Source: Dehalococcoidia bacterium
GTDB taxonomy: Bacteria; Chloroflexota; Dehalococcoidia; UBA2979
Reading direction: 5' to 3'
Length of the DNA: 64,000 nt
Assembly: GCA_036013055.1 (NCBI GenBank)
Contig: DASCQM010000001.1
Location: 39,015-103,014, forward strand
Of the stretch, positions 17,687 through 31,366 are shown piece after piece. Both the position numbers and the translations under genes were made by a program. The notes below the pieces were generated by a model. The model did not search any database. It saw nothing but the letters and a program-made list of their open reading frames with translations, and had not been told where the DNA came from. The stretch's first letter is position 1; every line of letters begins with the position of its first letter.

Positions 17687-18661
17687 ATGCCTCCTACCGG
17701 TGCACCCGAACTGAACATCGCTGACCTGCCGGTCGCAGCCGATACCGCATGGCTGTTTCCCGGCCAGGGCGCGCAGCACGTCGGCATGGGCCGTGATCTC
17801 TACGACGAGATCCCCGCCGCGCAGGCAATCTTCGACGCCGCAGACGCCGCGCTCGATGTCTCACTCTCCTCGATCTGTTTCGACGGGCCGGAGGACGAGC
17901 TAACGCGCACGATCAACACGCAGCCCGCGCTCGTCGCCCACTCGCTGGCGGCACTGGCAGCGGCGCTCGAGGCGGGCACGCTCACGTCCCGACCCGCCTT
18001 CATGGCCGGGCACTCGCTCGGCGAATACGCGGCACTGATCGTCGCCGATGCGATCGACTTCGAGAGCGGCATGCGGCTCGTCCGTGAGCGCGGTCGCACG
18101 ATGCAGGAAGCCTGCGACGCGACGCCGGGTACGATGGCCGCGATCCTCGGCATGGAGCCGGGCGACCTGATCCCGATCTGTGAGCAGCACGGCGCATCGC
18201 TCTGCAACGTCAACGCACCCGGCAACATCACCATCGGCGGCACCGCCGAGGCTGTGGCCGCCGCCAGCGAGGCCGCCAGCGAGGCCGGCGCTTCGCGCGT
18301 CGTACCGCTTGAGGTCGCCGGCGCATTCCACACGCCGCTGATGGACAGCGCCCGCGAGGCGATGAGCGCACCGCTCGCAGGCGCGCCATTCGCCGACCCG
18401 ACGATCCCCGTCGTCTCCAACGTCACCGCCGCACCCATGACCGCCGCCGCCGAACTCGCGCCGGAGCTGACGCAGCAGATCACCAGCCCGGTGACGTGGG
18501 TCGACTCCGTGCGCACGATGCTCGACGCCGGCGTGACTAACTTCATCGAGTTCGGACCGGGGCGCGTGCTCACCGGTGCGATGCGTCGCATCGAACGGTC
18601 CGCCACCACGCGCAACGTCGGCACCGTCGCCGACGCCCGTGGCGACGAGCCCGAAGACTAG
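17687..18661 (+). CDS. fabD: Malonyl-CoA:ACP transacylase
   Basis: FPGQGAQ, TQPAL, GHSLGEY and VAGAFHT motifs. Confidence 0.96.
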   Translation: MPPTGAPELNIADLPVAADTAWLFPGQGAQHVGMGRDLYDEIPAAQAIFDAADAALDVSLSSICFDGPEDELTRTINTQPALVAHSLAALAAALEAGTLTSRPAFMAGHSLGEYAALIVADAIDFESGMRLVRERGRTMQEACDATPGTMAAILGMEPGDLIPICEQHGASLCNVNAPGNITIGGTAEAVAAASEAASEAGASRVVPLEVAGAFHTPLMDSAREAMSAPLAGAPFADPTIPVVSNVTAAPMTAAAELAPELTQQITSPVTWVDSVRTMLDAGVTNFIEFGPGRVLTGAMRRIERSATTRNVGTVADARGDEPED

Positions 18662-18677
18662 GCGGAGCACGCACGCC

Positions 18678-19442
18678 ATGACCTCCGATAGCTCTCTTCC
18701 CCTCGCCGGTCGAACAGCCGTCGTCACCGGCGGAGCGCGCGGCATCGGTCGCGCGATCGCGATGGAGATGGCACGCCAGGGAGCGACGCTGGTGCTCACC
18801 TACCGCACGAATGGCGTAGTCGCCGAGGCAGTGGCGCGCGAGATCCGCGAGCTCGGCGGAAGCTGCGAGACGACTGAGGTCGATGTCCGACGCAGCGCCG
18901 ACATCGAGCGCATGATCGAGGAGGCGCGGCAGGCCCACGGCGGTCTCGACATCCTCGTCAACAACGCCGGCGCGCGAGACGACGGCCTGGTGATGCGGAT
19001 GTCCGAGGAGTCGTGGGACGACGTCGTTGAGACGAACCTCAAGGGAACGTTCCTGGCGACGAAGCTCGCCCTGCGCCACATGCTGCGCGCCCGCTGGGGC
19101 CGCATCATCAACATCACCTCGGTCGTCGGCATCATCGGCAACGCCGGGCAGGCCAACTACGCGGCCTCGAAGGCCGGCGTGATCGGCTTCACGCGCTCCG
19201 TGGCCCGAGAAGTCGCCTCGCGCGGCGTCACCGCAAACGCGATCGCCCCCGGTTTCGTCGACACCGATATGACATCCGGCCTCACCGACGAGCAGAAGCA
19301 GTCAATCCTCGATCAAGTGCCGATGGGCCGTTACGCCCAGCCCGAGGAGATCGCACCACTCGCCGCGTTCCTCGCGTCCGAGAGTGCTGCATACATCACC
19401 GGGCAGACGTTCAACGTCGATGGCGGGCTGGTGATGCAGTAA
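18678..19442 (+). CDS. fabG: 3-oxoacyl-ACP reductase
   Basis: TGGARGIG, NNAG, NYAASKAG and PGFVDTDMT motifs; lies in the fab operon. Confidence 0.95.
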   Translation: MTSDSSLPLAGRTAVVTGGARGIGRAIAMEMARQGATLVLTYRTNGVVAEAVAREIRELGGSCETTEVDVRRSADIERMIEEARQAHGGLDILVNNAGARDDGLVMRMSEESWDDVVETNLKGTFLATKLALRHMLRARWGRIINITSVVGIIGNAGQANYAASKAGVIGFTRSVAREVASRGVTANAIAPGFVDTDMTSGLTDEQKQSILDQVPMGRYAQPEEIAPLAAFLASESAAYITGQTFNVDGGLVMQ

Positions 19443-19870
19443 TGGCGAGCAGCCCACGTCGACGTTCGCGCATCGCCGCGTTTCAGGCGCTCTACGAGAC
19501 GGATGTCTCCGGCCGCGACATCGACGCCGCGCTCGACCGCCAGATCGAGGTCTCACGACTCTCCGACGACGGCGCGGAATTCGCGCGGCATCTCGTCGAC
19601 GGGGTGCAGCAGTACCACCAGCAGATCGACTACGAGATCGCGACCCACGCCACGCAGTTCCCGCTCAAGGACATGGCGGCGGTCGACCGAAACGTGCTCC
19701 GTCTTGCAATATACGAAGTGCTCTTTGATAATCGCGCGGCTCCGCTACGGGCGGTGATCAACGAAGCCGTTGAGATTGCCAAGGGATACGGAACAGAATC
19801 TTCCGGACGATTCGTGAACGGGGTGCTCGGCGCGATCGCGCTGGCTGCCTCCGGCGAGAACAAAGCGTAG
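19442..19870 (+). CDS. nusB: Transcription antitermination factor NusB
   Basis: RRRSRIAAFQALY, VDRNVLRLAIYE and INEAVEIAKGYG...FVNGVL motifs. Confidence 0.96.
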   Translation: MASSPRRRSRIAAFQALYETDVSGRDIDAALDRQIEVSRLSDDGAEFARHLVDGVQQYHQQIDYEIATHATQFPLKDMAAVDRNVLRLAIYEVLFDNRAAPLRAVINEAVEIAKGYGTESSGRFVNGVLGAIALAASGENKA

Positions 19871-19909
19871 CTAATCCGCCTCGTGAGGGGCCTGAGAGGA
19901 GACTGAGCA

Positions 19910-20173
19910 GTGGCATCAGTCTACGAGCGAGTACGAGGCCTGATCGTCGAACAGCTCGGCGTCGAAGAGGACGAAGTGACCCCCAACGCGTCTTTCGTTG
20001 ACGACCTCAACGCTGACTCGCTGGATCTCGTCGAGCTGATCATGTCGATCGAAGAAGAATTCACCCCGGACGCCGAGTCAGAGATCGAGATCTCCGACGA
20101 GGACGCCGAGAAGATTCAGAGCGTTCAGGACGCGATCGACTACCTGCACAACGCAGGCATCGACGACGACTAG
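19910..20173 (+). CDS. acpP: Acyl carrier protein
   Basis: [14 protein letters not shown] phosphopantetheine attachment motif. Confidence 0.97.
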   Translation: MASVYERVRGLIVEQLGVEEDEVTPNASFVDDLNADSLDLVELIMSIEEEFTPDAESEIEISDEDAEKIQSVQDAIDYLHNAGIDDD

Positions 20174-20278
20174 CACGCGGGTCACGCCTGGCCTGCCAGG
20201 GTCAGGCCCGCACCCAACGTCATGCCCAACCTCGCGCCGGGAGTCCTTTCGACTCACCGGCGCGTATCATAGCTAGCA

Positions 20279-21031
20279 ATGGGACCAGAACTGTTCGGCG
20301 TCGGTGCTGCTGAGGCCGTCCTCGTATTTGTGATCGCGCTGATCCTCGTCGGACCTCAGCGTTTTCCGGAAATCGCTCGCCAGAGCGGCCGGTGGTATCA
20401 GGTCGCGCGCCGCTACACCGCCGAAGTGACGAAGGACGTGCGCGGCGCGATCGACGATCTCGAGGAGGAAGTGAAGGCCGAGACCGCCGACCTCCGGGAG
20501 GTCCGCACGATCGGCGAGGAACTCGAAACCGGTGTGCAGGCTACCGGCGACGATCTTGATGCCATCGGCGATGACGTTGAGGCGTCGACGGGTGCAACGC
20601 CTGCACCAGCGCCCGCGCCCAGCGCCAGCCGCGCTGTATCGTCCGGCACCGCCGGCCCACCGGTACGCTCGGACAAGATGCCGCCCAAGCCCCCGCGCCA
20701 AGAGCGCCCGACAGAGCCCGAAGCAGCCGACAACGCGCCTCCGACCGCGCAACCAGCCGCATCGGCAGACGCCCAACCCTCGCAGGCTGCACCCGCGCCA
20801 ACCGCAGCACCGCAAGCTGACGAGTCCGCTGAGAGCGGCGGCGAAACGACGAGCGAGCGGCTGACGTCGGGCACGGTCGGGCCACCGGCGCGCTCCGACA
20901 AGATGCCACCCAAGCCCCCGCGCCGCGAGCGCCCTACACCGCCGACTGCCGCGAACGCGCCCGAGTCCGAGTCGGATGAACCCTCAGAGAACGGCGTCTC
21001 CGCACGCTCGGGCAGCAGTAGCGACAGCTAG
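20279..21031 (+). CDS. tatB: Twin-arginine translocase subunit TatB-like, with a long Pro/Ala-rich tail
   Basis: FGVGAAE...ALILVGPQRFPE followed by an amphipathic helix; directly upstream of tatC. Confidence 0.82.
   Translation: MGPELFGVGAAEAVLVFVIALILVGPQRFPEIARQSGRWYQVARRYTAEVTKDVRGAIDDLEEEVKAETADLREVRTIGEELETGVQATGDDLDAIGDDVEASTGATPAPAPAPSASRAVSSGTAGPPVRSDKMPPKPPRQERPTEPEAADNAPPTAQPAASADAQPSQAAPAPTAAPQADESAESGGETTSERLTSGTVGPPARSDKMPPKPPRRERPTPPTAANAPESESDEPSENGVSARSGSSSDS
20639..20938 (+). repeat. Two about 75-bp internal direct repeats in the tatB tail
   Basis: SSGTAGPPVRSDKMPPKPPRQERPT (about 20639-20713) and TSGTVGPPARSDKMPPKPPRRERPT (about 20864-20938). Confidence 0.85.
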
Positions 21032-21036
21032 CGAGC

Positions 21037-21804
21037 GTGACTACCGACGCACCGGCCGCTGACGCCCCCGGGAACGATCCCCCCGCGGGCGGCGGCATGT
21101 CGCTACTGGAGCATCTGCTCGAACTTCGTTCCCGCGTCACGTGGATGGCCGTCGCCGTCCTCGCCGGGATGATCGTCTTCTTCATCCCACCGGTCGGCTT
21201 CGGCACGATCGAATTCCTAAAGGAGCCGGCACTCAAGGAGAACCCCGACTTCATGCTCCAGGCGATTTCGCCGATGGAGAACATCGTGGCGTACTTCCGC
21301 GTCGCCCTGCTCGGCGGCATCGCGATCGGCATGCCGGTCGTGATCTACCAGGTGATGCGCTTCATCCACCCCGCACTCGAACCGGGCGAGAAGAAATGGA
21401 TCTACCCGATCGTGGTCGGGTCGTCGCTCGCCTTCATCGGCGGGCTGGCCTTCGGCTACTACATCGTGCTGCGCTTCGCCTTCGGATTTCTCGGCAAGTT
21501 CGGACAGGACTTTGCGGAGATCAACTGGACCGTGACGAACTACATCGACCTCACGACCCGCCTGCTCTTCGTCATGGGCTTCGTCTTCGAGACGCCGATC
21601 TTCATCATGGGTCTGGCCAAGTTCGGCGTGGTGAACGCGCGCATGCTGCTCGGCTTCTGGCGCTATGCGATCGTGATCGCGTTCGCCTTCTCGGCGATCG
21701 CGACACCGACGCCCGACCCAATCGTGCAGTCGCTCGTCGCCGTGCCGATGGTGGTGCTCTACTTCGTTGGCATCGCACTCGCATGGCTCGTACGTCGCGA
21801 CTAA
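21037..21804 (+). CDS. tatC: Twin-arginine translocase subunit TatC
   Basis: MSLLEHLLELRSR, FIHPALEPGEKK, FETP and ATPTPDP motifs. Confidence 0.95.
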   Translation: MTTDAPAADAPGNDPPAGGGMSLLEHLLELRSRVTWMAVAVLAGMIVFFIPPVGFGTIEFLKEPALKENPDFMLQAISPMENIVAYFRVALLGGIAIGMPVVIYQVMRFIHPALEPGEKKWIYPIVVGSSLAFIGGLAFGYYIVLRFAFGFLGKFGQDFAEINWTVTNYIDLTTRLLFVMGFVFETPIFIMGLAKFGVVNARMLLGFWRYAIVIAFAFSAIATPTPDPIVQSLVAVPMVVLYFVGIALAWLVRRD

Positions 21805-21899
21805 TAGCGGATAAACCGTATATGCGAATTCGCAGACACATTGCGACCCCGCATCGTGCGGTGCTACGCTTCTCATGACTCCCCAGCGAAGGGTCGCCC

Positions 21900-22463
21900 G
21901 TGTCTGAAATCGGGTCTGACTTCATCGAACTCTACGAGGAGATAGCCGACTGTCCGAATTGCGCACTGGCCCGTCAACGAACGCAGACTGTCCCCGGCTC
22001 CGGGCCGGCTTCAGCCGAGATCATGTTCATCGGCGAGGCGCCGGGAGCGCGCGAGGACGAGCAGGGCTTCCCGTTCGTCGGACCGTCGGGCAAGTTCCTC
22101 GACGATCTGCTCGCATCGATCGGGCTCTCTCGCGAGACCGTCTACATCTGCAACGTCGTGAAGTGCCGCCCGCCGGACAATCGCGACCCACAGCCCGAGG
22201 AGATCGCAGCCTGCAAACCGTTCCTCAACCGCCAGATCGAGATCATCTCTCCGAAGGTGATCGTTACGCTTGGCCGCTTCTCGATGGCTCCCTGGTTCCC
22301 GGACACGACGATCGGTCGCGTGCACGGTCAGCCGATCGAGGTCGACGGACGATTCATCGTCCCGATGTACCATCCCGCCGCCGCACTGCATCGCGGCAGC
22401 CTGCGAGGAGAGATCGAGGCCGACTTCGCGCGGCTGCCGGAGCTGCTGAAGCAGGCGATCTGA
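21900..22463 (+). CDS. udg: Uracil-DNA glycosylase, family 4 (Fe-S)
   Basis: [27 protein letters not shown] and YHPAA motifs. Confidence 0.93.
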   Translation: MSEIGSDFIELYEEIADCPNCALARQRTQTVPGSGPASAEIMFIGEAPGAREDEQGFPFVGPSGKFLDDLLASIGLSRETVYICNVVKCRPPDNRDPQPEEIAACKPFLNRQIEIISPKVIVTLGRFSMAPWFPDTTIGRVHGQPIEVDGRFIVPMYHPAAALHRGSLRGEIEADFARLPELLKQAI

Positions 22464-22515
22464 TGCCGGCTTGCCGCACCCTCGATGCGAGCGCGACCAG
22501 CGGGAGCGCGGGCCA

Positions 22516-24171
<1,656 letters not shown>

Positions 24172-24234
24172 TCCAGCACCATCGTGGATGCCGGCCCTGG
24201 CGGGACGCGGGCATCTACTAGAGGAGTTGAGCTG

Positions 24235-26709
24235 ATGGCTCGAACAAGCACCCGCCGCAGTCGAGGTCAGACCGCCAGCAAGCGCGCGTCGAAGCCTGTC
24301 CCGGACATCACGACGGTCGGCCGTTTCTTCTTCCGCCCGGAAGTCGTCGGGACGGCACTTGTCGTCCTCGCCGCCGCATGGGTACCTACCCTGCTGCCGC
24401 TCGCCGGAGTACTCGACGACGCGCGCGACGCGATCGTGCGATCGCTCGGACTGCATGCTTTCACGCTCACGCTCGTGATCACGTTCGCCGGCATCGTCCT
24501 GGCGTTGCGACGTGGCGAGTGGCTCAACCAACATCGACGTCACGTGCTCGGCGTGCTGGTGCTGCTGGTCTTCGCCTCGGGGCTGCTCGGCCGCTGGTAC
24601 CCACAGGCGCAGGTCGGCTCCGTCGATCTGATGACGCACTCCGCAGGTGGCGACGGCGGGAAGTTCCTCACGTCGGCACCCTTGAGCGTGCTCGGCTGGC
24701 TGATGTTGCTGCCGGTCGGCTTTGCGCTGCTCTGGCCGCGCACGGCCGCGCGGATCCTGCGCGCGACGCCCGGCGTCGTTGGTCGCGGGCTCGCCACGTC
24801 CTGGCATGCGTTCTGGCGGCTCGGCCTGCATCGAGCGGCCGGCAACGCGATCGCAGCGCCGTTCCGTAGCTTCGCTCGCGCCCGACGGCTGGCCGCCGAT
24901 GCCCCCTTGCCCGATCCATCGTCCGACCAGCAGTCCGACTTCCGCCCCCTCGCCGGCGACCCCGAGCCCTCGCTCGCCGAAGCGGTGCCCGCGACGGCCA
25001 CGGCGATCGCCGACGAGGTCGACGATGAAGCCGACTTCGACGATCCGTTCGCGCCCGAACCTGAAGAGGACGAAGAAGAGAACGCGACGCAGATCCCGAT
25101 GGACATGGAGACCGCCGCCGAGGGCTGGCGACACGCTAGCGACGGCTGGCAGCTCCCGCCGATCGATATCCTGGAAGAGGGCTCTGGCGCATCGTCCGCC
25201 GCGCTCGACAGCGACCGCCGCGCCCGCGCTATCGAGTCTACGCTTGCGTCGTTCGGCGTCGACGCGAAGGTGACCCAGATCAACGAGGGCCACGCCGTCA
25301 CGCAGTTCGGCATCGAGCCCGGCTGGGACGTCCGCACCCGCATGATCATCGAGCGTGACGCCAGCGGGAAGGCGATCCTCGACGACGAGGGGAAGCAGCA
25401 GCACAAGGAGGTCGAGGTCTCGCGGACACGGGTGCGCGTGAACCGCATCACCGCGCTCCAGAACGACCTCGCGCTGGCGCTCGCCGCCCCCTCGCTGCGC
25501 ATCGAAGCGCCGGTGCCGGGAAAGCAGATGCTTGGCATCGAGGTGCCGAACATCACGCAGACCACGGTGACACTACGCAGCGTGCTTGAGTCGAAGGCGT
25601 ACAAGAAGACGTCGGCGAAGGCCGCGCTGCCGATCCCGCTTGGCACGGGCGTCTCCGGCGAGTCGGTCGTTGCCGACCTCGGCAGCATGCCGCACTTGCT
25701 GATCGCCGGTGCCACCGGCTCGGGCAAGTCAGTCTGCCTGAACACGATCATTAGCGGCCTGCTGATGAACTACTCACCGGAGCAGTTGCGCTTCGTGATG
25801 ATCGACCCGAAGCGCGTCGAGCTGACGCCGTTCGCGCCGATCCCGCACCTCGCGTTCTCGGAGATCGTTGTCGACCTCGACAAGATCCGCGGTGCCTTCC
25901 AGGCGGTGATCAACGAGATGGAGTCGCGGTACCGACGCTTCGCCCAGGCCGGCGTGCGCGACATCAAACGCTTCAACGAGAAGATGGGCGGCAAGCCGCT
26001 CCCCTACTGGGTCGTGGTCGTCGACGAGCTCGCCGACATCATGATCGCGAACCCGTATCAGGTGGAGCGTCAAATCGTGCGCCTTGCGCAGCTCGCGCGG
26101 GCGACCGGCATCCACCTCGTGCTCGCAACGCAACGCCCGTCGGTCGACGTCGTGACGGGCCTGATCAAGGCGAATTTCCCAACGCGCATCGCGTTCGCCG
26201 TGGCCTCGCAGGTCGACTCGCGAACCGTGCTCGACCAGGGCGGCGCCGAGAAGCTACTGGGCAAGGGCGACATGCTCTTCCTCGCGACCGACTCGCAGAA
26301 GCCACGCCGGTTGCAGGGTGTCTATGTGTCGGACGACGAGACCGACGCGATCGTCAACTTCTGGACGAGCGATCGCTTCGAGGACCTCTCGCCGGAGAAG
26401 CACGACGAGCTGCTCCAGGAAGGCGAGCGACAAGTCGAGGAGATGGAAGAACCGTCCGAGGACGATGTGCCCGACGACCCGATGATGCAGAAGGCGCTCG
26501 CACTCGCGCGTGAGACCAACCGCCTCTCGACGTCGATGCTGCAACGCAAGCTGCGCATCGGATACCCGCGGGCGGCACGCATCATGGACGACCTCGAAGA
26601 GCGAGGGATGATCGGCCCTGCCGAGTCCGGCGGCTCATCGCGACAGGTGCTGATGGACGCCGAACCGGCCGCACCGGCTGGCGTCGGCTGGGACGACGAC
26701 TCGGACTAG
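24235..26709 (+). CDS. ftsK: DNA translocase FtsK/SpoIIIE
   Basis: N-terminal TM helices, PHLLIAGATGSGKS, IDPKRVEL, VDELAD, ATQRPS and gamma-domain LQRKLRIGYPRAAR. GAGGAG SD before ATG 24235. Confidence 0.96.
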   Translation: MARTSTRRSRGQTASKRASKPVPDITTVGRFFFRPEVVGTALVVLAAAWVPTLLPLAGVLDDARDAIVRSLGLHAFTLTLVITFAGIVLALRRGEWLNQHRRHVLGVLVLLVFASGLLGRWYPQAQVGSVDLMTHSAGGDGGKFLTSAPLSVLGWLMLLPVGFALLWPRTAARILRATPGVVGRGLATSWHAFWRLGLHRAAGNAIAAPFRSFARARRLAADAPLPDPSSDQQSDFRPLAGDPEPSLAEAVPATATAIADEVDDEADFDDPFAPEPEEDEEENATQIPMDMETAAEGWRHASDGWQLPPIDILEEGSGASSAALDSDRRARAIESTLASFGVDAKVTQINEGHAVTQFGIEPGWDVRTRMIIERDASGKAILDDEGKQQHKEVEVSRTRVRVNRITALQNDLALALAAPSLRIEAPVPGKQMLGIEVPNITQTTVTLRSVLESKAYKKTSAKAALPIPLGTGVSGESVVADLGSMPHLLIAGATGSGKSVCLNTIISGLLMNYSPEQLRFVMIDPKRVELTPFAPIPHLAFSEIVVDLDKIRGAFQAVINEMESRYRRFAQAGVRDIKRFNEKMGGKPLPYWVVVVDELADIMIANPYQVERQIVRLAQLARATGIHLVLATQRPSVDVVTGLIKANFPTRIAFAVASQVDSRTVLDQGGAEKLLGKGDMLFLATDSQKPRRLQGVYVSDDETDAIVNFWTSDRFEDLSPEKHDELLQEGERQVEEMEEPSEDDVPDDPMMQKALALARETNRLSTSMLQRKLRIGYPRAARIMDDLEERGMIGPAESGGSSRQVLMDAEPAAPAGVGWDDDSD

Positions 26710-26820
26710 ACCGGCCGTCGATTCCACGTCTCGCGCCAACGCCGACGATAGTGTCTGACGGTCCGTGGACGCGGGACGTTTGGGGCTCCCGTCCGCTCAG
26801 GCAGTGGCTACCATGTAGGT

Positions 26821-27070
26821 GTTCCAGCCAGAGAGGTTGCCGCCGGGAGGAGAGGTCCGCCGTTGAAGATAGATAGCAACCGTTTGCCTCGCCTTCGACC
26901 AAACCGAACGACGGGCTGAACTCACCCCTGACAGGAGCACCTGAACAACTCCGGATTGCCCTATCGGCTCCAACGCCGAACCAAGAGATCGCCAACGTCA
27001 GGGAGCCGAGGCAAGCGACTCACTCGAATACCGCACTCACCGAGAGAGACCCCCGCGGCGGGGATCTTTC
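26821..27070 (+). ncRNA. Candidate structured RNA (about 250 nt), possibly with an 18-aa sORF
   Basis: TACCAT -10-like box at 26809-26814; nested helices 26835-40/26876-81, 26881-91/27007-17 and 26926-32/26997-27003; terminator at 27042-27070. Strand inferred from these signals. Confidence 0.55.
27042..27070. terminator. Intrinsic terminator, likely bidirectional (candidate ncRNA / uvrB)
   Basis: GC hairpin GAGAGACCCCCG-CGG-CGGGGATCTTTC, running into a pyrimidine-rich TTTCTTCGTTCTCTT tail. Confidence 0.6.
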
Positions 27071-27122
27071 TTCGTTCTCTTCTCGCTGTGGCGCTTGATG
27101 GAGCCGCCGCTGGGACGAGCGA

Positions 27123-29264
<2,142 letters not shown>

Positions 29265-29318
29265 GGGTGCCCTTCGCTACCCGATCATTGTATCGCGCAT
29301 CGGAACACGGCTCTGCGG

Positions 29319-30086
29319 TCAGGCTGCGCGCGCGGGCTCGGCCATTACGACGCGATCCTTCCCTGCCCGCTTCGCCTGGTACATAGCCCGGTCCGCCAGC
29401 GCGACCAGCGCGTCCGCCCCCGCCTCGACGTCGACCAACGTCGCGACGCCGACTGAGACCGTCGCCTCCACGTGATCGCCGTCGCGGTCGATCGCGTGCT
29501 CGCTGACCGCGAGTCTCAGTTTTTCCGCAACAGTGACGGCGTCGCCTGAGGCTGTCTCAGGTAGCACGACGACGAACTCTTCGCCGCCGTATCGACCAAC
29601 GACGTCCGAGTCGCGAACGTTGGACGCCAGCATCGACGCGACCTCTGCGAGCACGAAGTCGCCGTACGCGTGGCCGAGCCCATCGTTGATCGCCTTGAAG
29701 CTATCGATGTCGATCATCAGCAGTGAGAGCGGCCGGTCGTAGCGGCGGGAGCGGTTGAACTCCGCTGAGAGCCGGTTCTCAAGCCCTCGACGGTTGAGAA
29801 TCCCGGTCATCGCGTCGGTGATCGCAAGCTGTTCCAGCCGCGAACTGGCCTCGCGCAGGGCAGCGCCAGCCTCAACGAGGCGGCGTTCGCGCATCAGCGA
29901 GGTCGCGGAGTCGAGCCAGAGCTGTCCGGCCAGTCCCGCGGAAACGGCCGCCAGTGCCATCCCCAGTGCCGGCCAACCGCGATCCGGGCCGATTCCCGCC
30001 GGATGCACTCCTGCGAGCGCGAGCAGCAACGTGCCGACCGCAAGACCGGCAATCATCGGCCAGCGCCGTCTCAGCGTCGGGGGCAT
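29319..30086 (-). CDS. Membrane-anchored diguanylate cyclase
   Basis: Two TM segments, TDAMTGILNRR, DIDSFKAIND, I-site RDSD and RYGGEEF. Confidence 0.92.
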   Translation of the reverse strand: MPPTLRRRWPMIAGLAVGTLLLALAGVHPAGIGPDRGWPALGMALAAVSAGLAGQLWLDSATSLMRERRLVEAGAALREASSRLEQLAITDAMTGILNRRGLENRLSAEFNRSRRYDRPLSLLMIDIDSFKAINDGLGHAYGDFVLAEVASMLASNVRDSDVVGRYGGEEFVVVLPETASGDAVTVAEKLRLAVSEHAIDRDGDHVEATVSVGVATLVDVEAGADALVALADRAMYQAKRAGKDRVVMAEPARAA

Positions 30087-30217
30087 CGAACCGCCTCAGA
30101 ACCGCCTCATCCACGCCCACGCGGCGCAGTCATACGGTTCAGGGTCACATCGGATGCGGTGGTCCGGCATCAGGGTTCACGATCGGAGCGGCAGCCGAGG
30201 ACGAGCAAGGGCAATCC

Positions 30218-30844
30218 CTAGCTGGGCGGTGCCTGCCCCTCCAGGACGAGTCGCAGCAGGTGCTCAAGATCGTCGATCTCCGGCTGAGCCAGCATCACAT
30301 CCTCGACCACCGACTCGGCGTCGCGCCGGCCGTACTGAAGCTGCACCAGCGCCTCGACTGCGTCCGCGCGGAGGTCTGGTGCAGCGATGCCTTCGGGCGT
30401 GTCGATGTCGTCGCGTAACAGTGCCTCTTGCAGCAGACGGCCGTGGAGCTGGGCGACGATCGTCGATGCAAGTCGCGTACCGATGCCGGGAAGCTGTTGC
30501 AGCGCCTTCGCGTCCTCAGTCTCGATCCAGCGCGCGATCTCGGAGATCGGGCGCGTGAGCGCGCGTACCGCCCGCGTCGGGCCCACGTCGGGGACATCGA
30601 TGAACTTGCGGAAGAACTCGCGCTCGGCGAGATGCGGAAAGCCGATGATCACCGGCATCGGGTTGCGGTCGGAGACGTGGTAGTAGGTGTAGAGGCTCAT
30701 CTCCGAGCCGGGTTCGTGCTGCGTGATCCAATCGCCTGCGAAGAGCGGGATGATCAGCTCGTAGGTGACGCCGGAGACGTCCAGCCATAGCGTCGCGCTG
30801 TCCGCGTCCCACTGGACGAATAGTCCGCGCAGCGCAGCGATCAT
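30218..30844 (-). CDS. ruvA: Holliday junction branch migration protein RuvA
   Basis: MIAALRG, DVSGVTYE, HhH motifs (VPDVGP, LPGIG) and EALVQLQY; follows ruvC. Confidence 0.9.
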   Translation of the reverse strand: MIAALRGLFVQWDADSATLWLDVSGVTYELIIPLFAGDWITQHEPGSEMSLYTYYHVSDRNPMPVIIGFPHLAEREFFRKFIDVPDVGPTRAVRALTRPISEIARWIETEDAKALQQLPGIGTRLASTIVAQLHGRLLQEALLRDDIDTPEGIAAPDLRADAVEALVQLQYGRRDAESVVEDVMLAQPEIDDLEHLLRLVLEGQAPPS

Positions 30845-31350
30845 CGAGCGATCAGCTCCTCGAGGTGCGCCTCCGCGCAGCGAGTCAGCGCGATCGCGAG
30901 CGCGTCCGAGACATCGAGCGGCGATGGCTCTTCCTTGAGCGAGAGTTGCGCCATCACCATCTGCTGCACCTGCTCCTTCGGCGCGCCACCGTAGCCAGCG
31001 ACCGTCTCCTTGATCGCCGTAGGGGCGTACTCGTAGACGGGGATGCCATTCGATGCGGCCGCGACCATCACCGCCGCCCGTGCCTCGCCGATCGCCAGCG
31101 CGGAGCGAACGTTCTGCGCGACGAACTGCTGCTCGATCGCGACCTCGTCGGGTTCGTGCTCCTCGATCAGGTCGTGGATTCCATCGGCGATCTCCGCCAG
31201 CCGCTCGGCACGCGATCGCTTCGCCTTCGGGCGGATCGTGCCCATGGCGGCGACCGTCGCCTCGCGTCCCGCTGGCGCGGCATCGACGATGCCAAATCCA
31301 GTGATCGTCAGTCCCGGATCGACTCCCAGTACCCGGCGTCGCGCGCTCAT
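30841..31350 (-). CDS. ruvC: Holliday junction resolvase RuvC
   Basis: VLGVDPGL, VAIEQQF, IKETVAGYGGAPKEQV and DVSDALAIA motifs. Confidence 0.95.
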   Translation of the reverse strand: MSARRRVLGVDPGLTITGFGIVDAAPAGREATVAAMGTIRPKAKRSRAERLAEIADGIHDLIEEHEPDEVAIEQQFVAQNVRSALAIGEARAAVMVAAASNGIPVYEYAPTAIKETVAGYGGAPKEQVQQMVMAQLSLKEEPSPLDVSDALAIALTRCAEAHLEELIAR

Positions 31351-31366
31351 CGAGGACCCTCCCCGC

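Noticed and set aside
21822-21833. 12-bp palindrome TGCGAATTCGCA between tatC and udg
   Set aside because: It is short, occurs once, and has no supporting context.
26821-27070. T-box, tmRNA or SRP identity for the intergenic RNA
   Set aside because: There is no T-box antiterminator consensus or downstream gene, no tRNA-like ends, and no SRP domain IV motif. A divergent 6S RNA cannot be excluded by eye.
29280-29320. Possible LexA box upstream of uvrB (GAACACGGCTCT)
   Set aside because: It does not fit GAAC-N4-GTTC; only one half-site matches.
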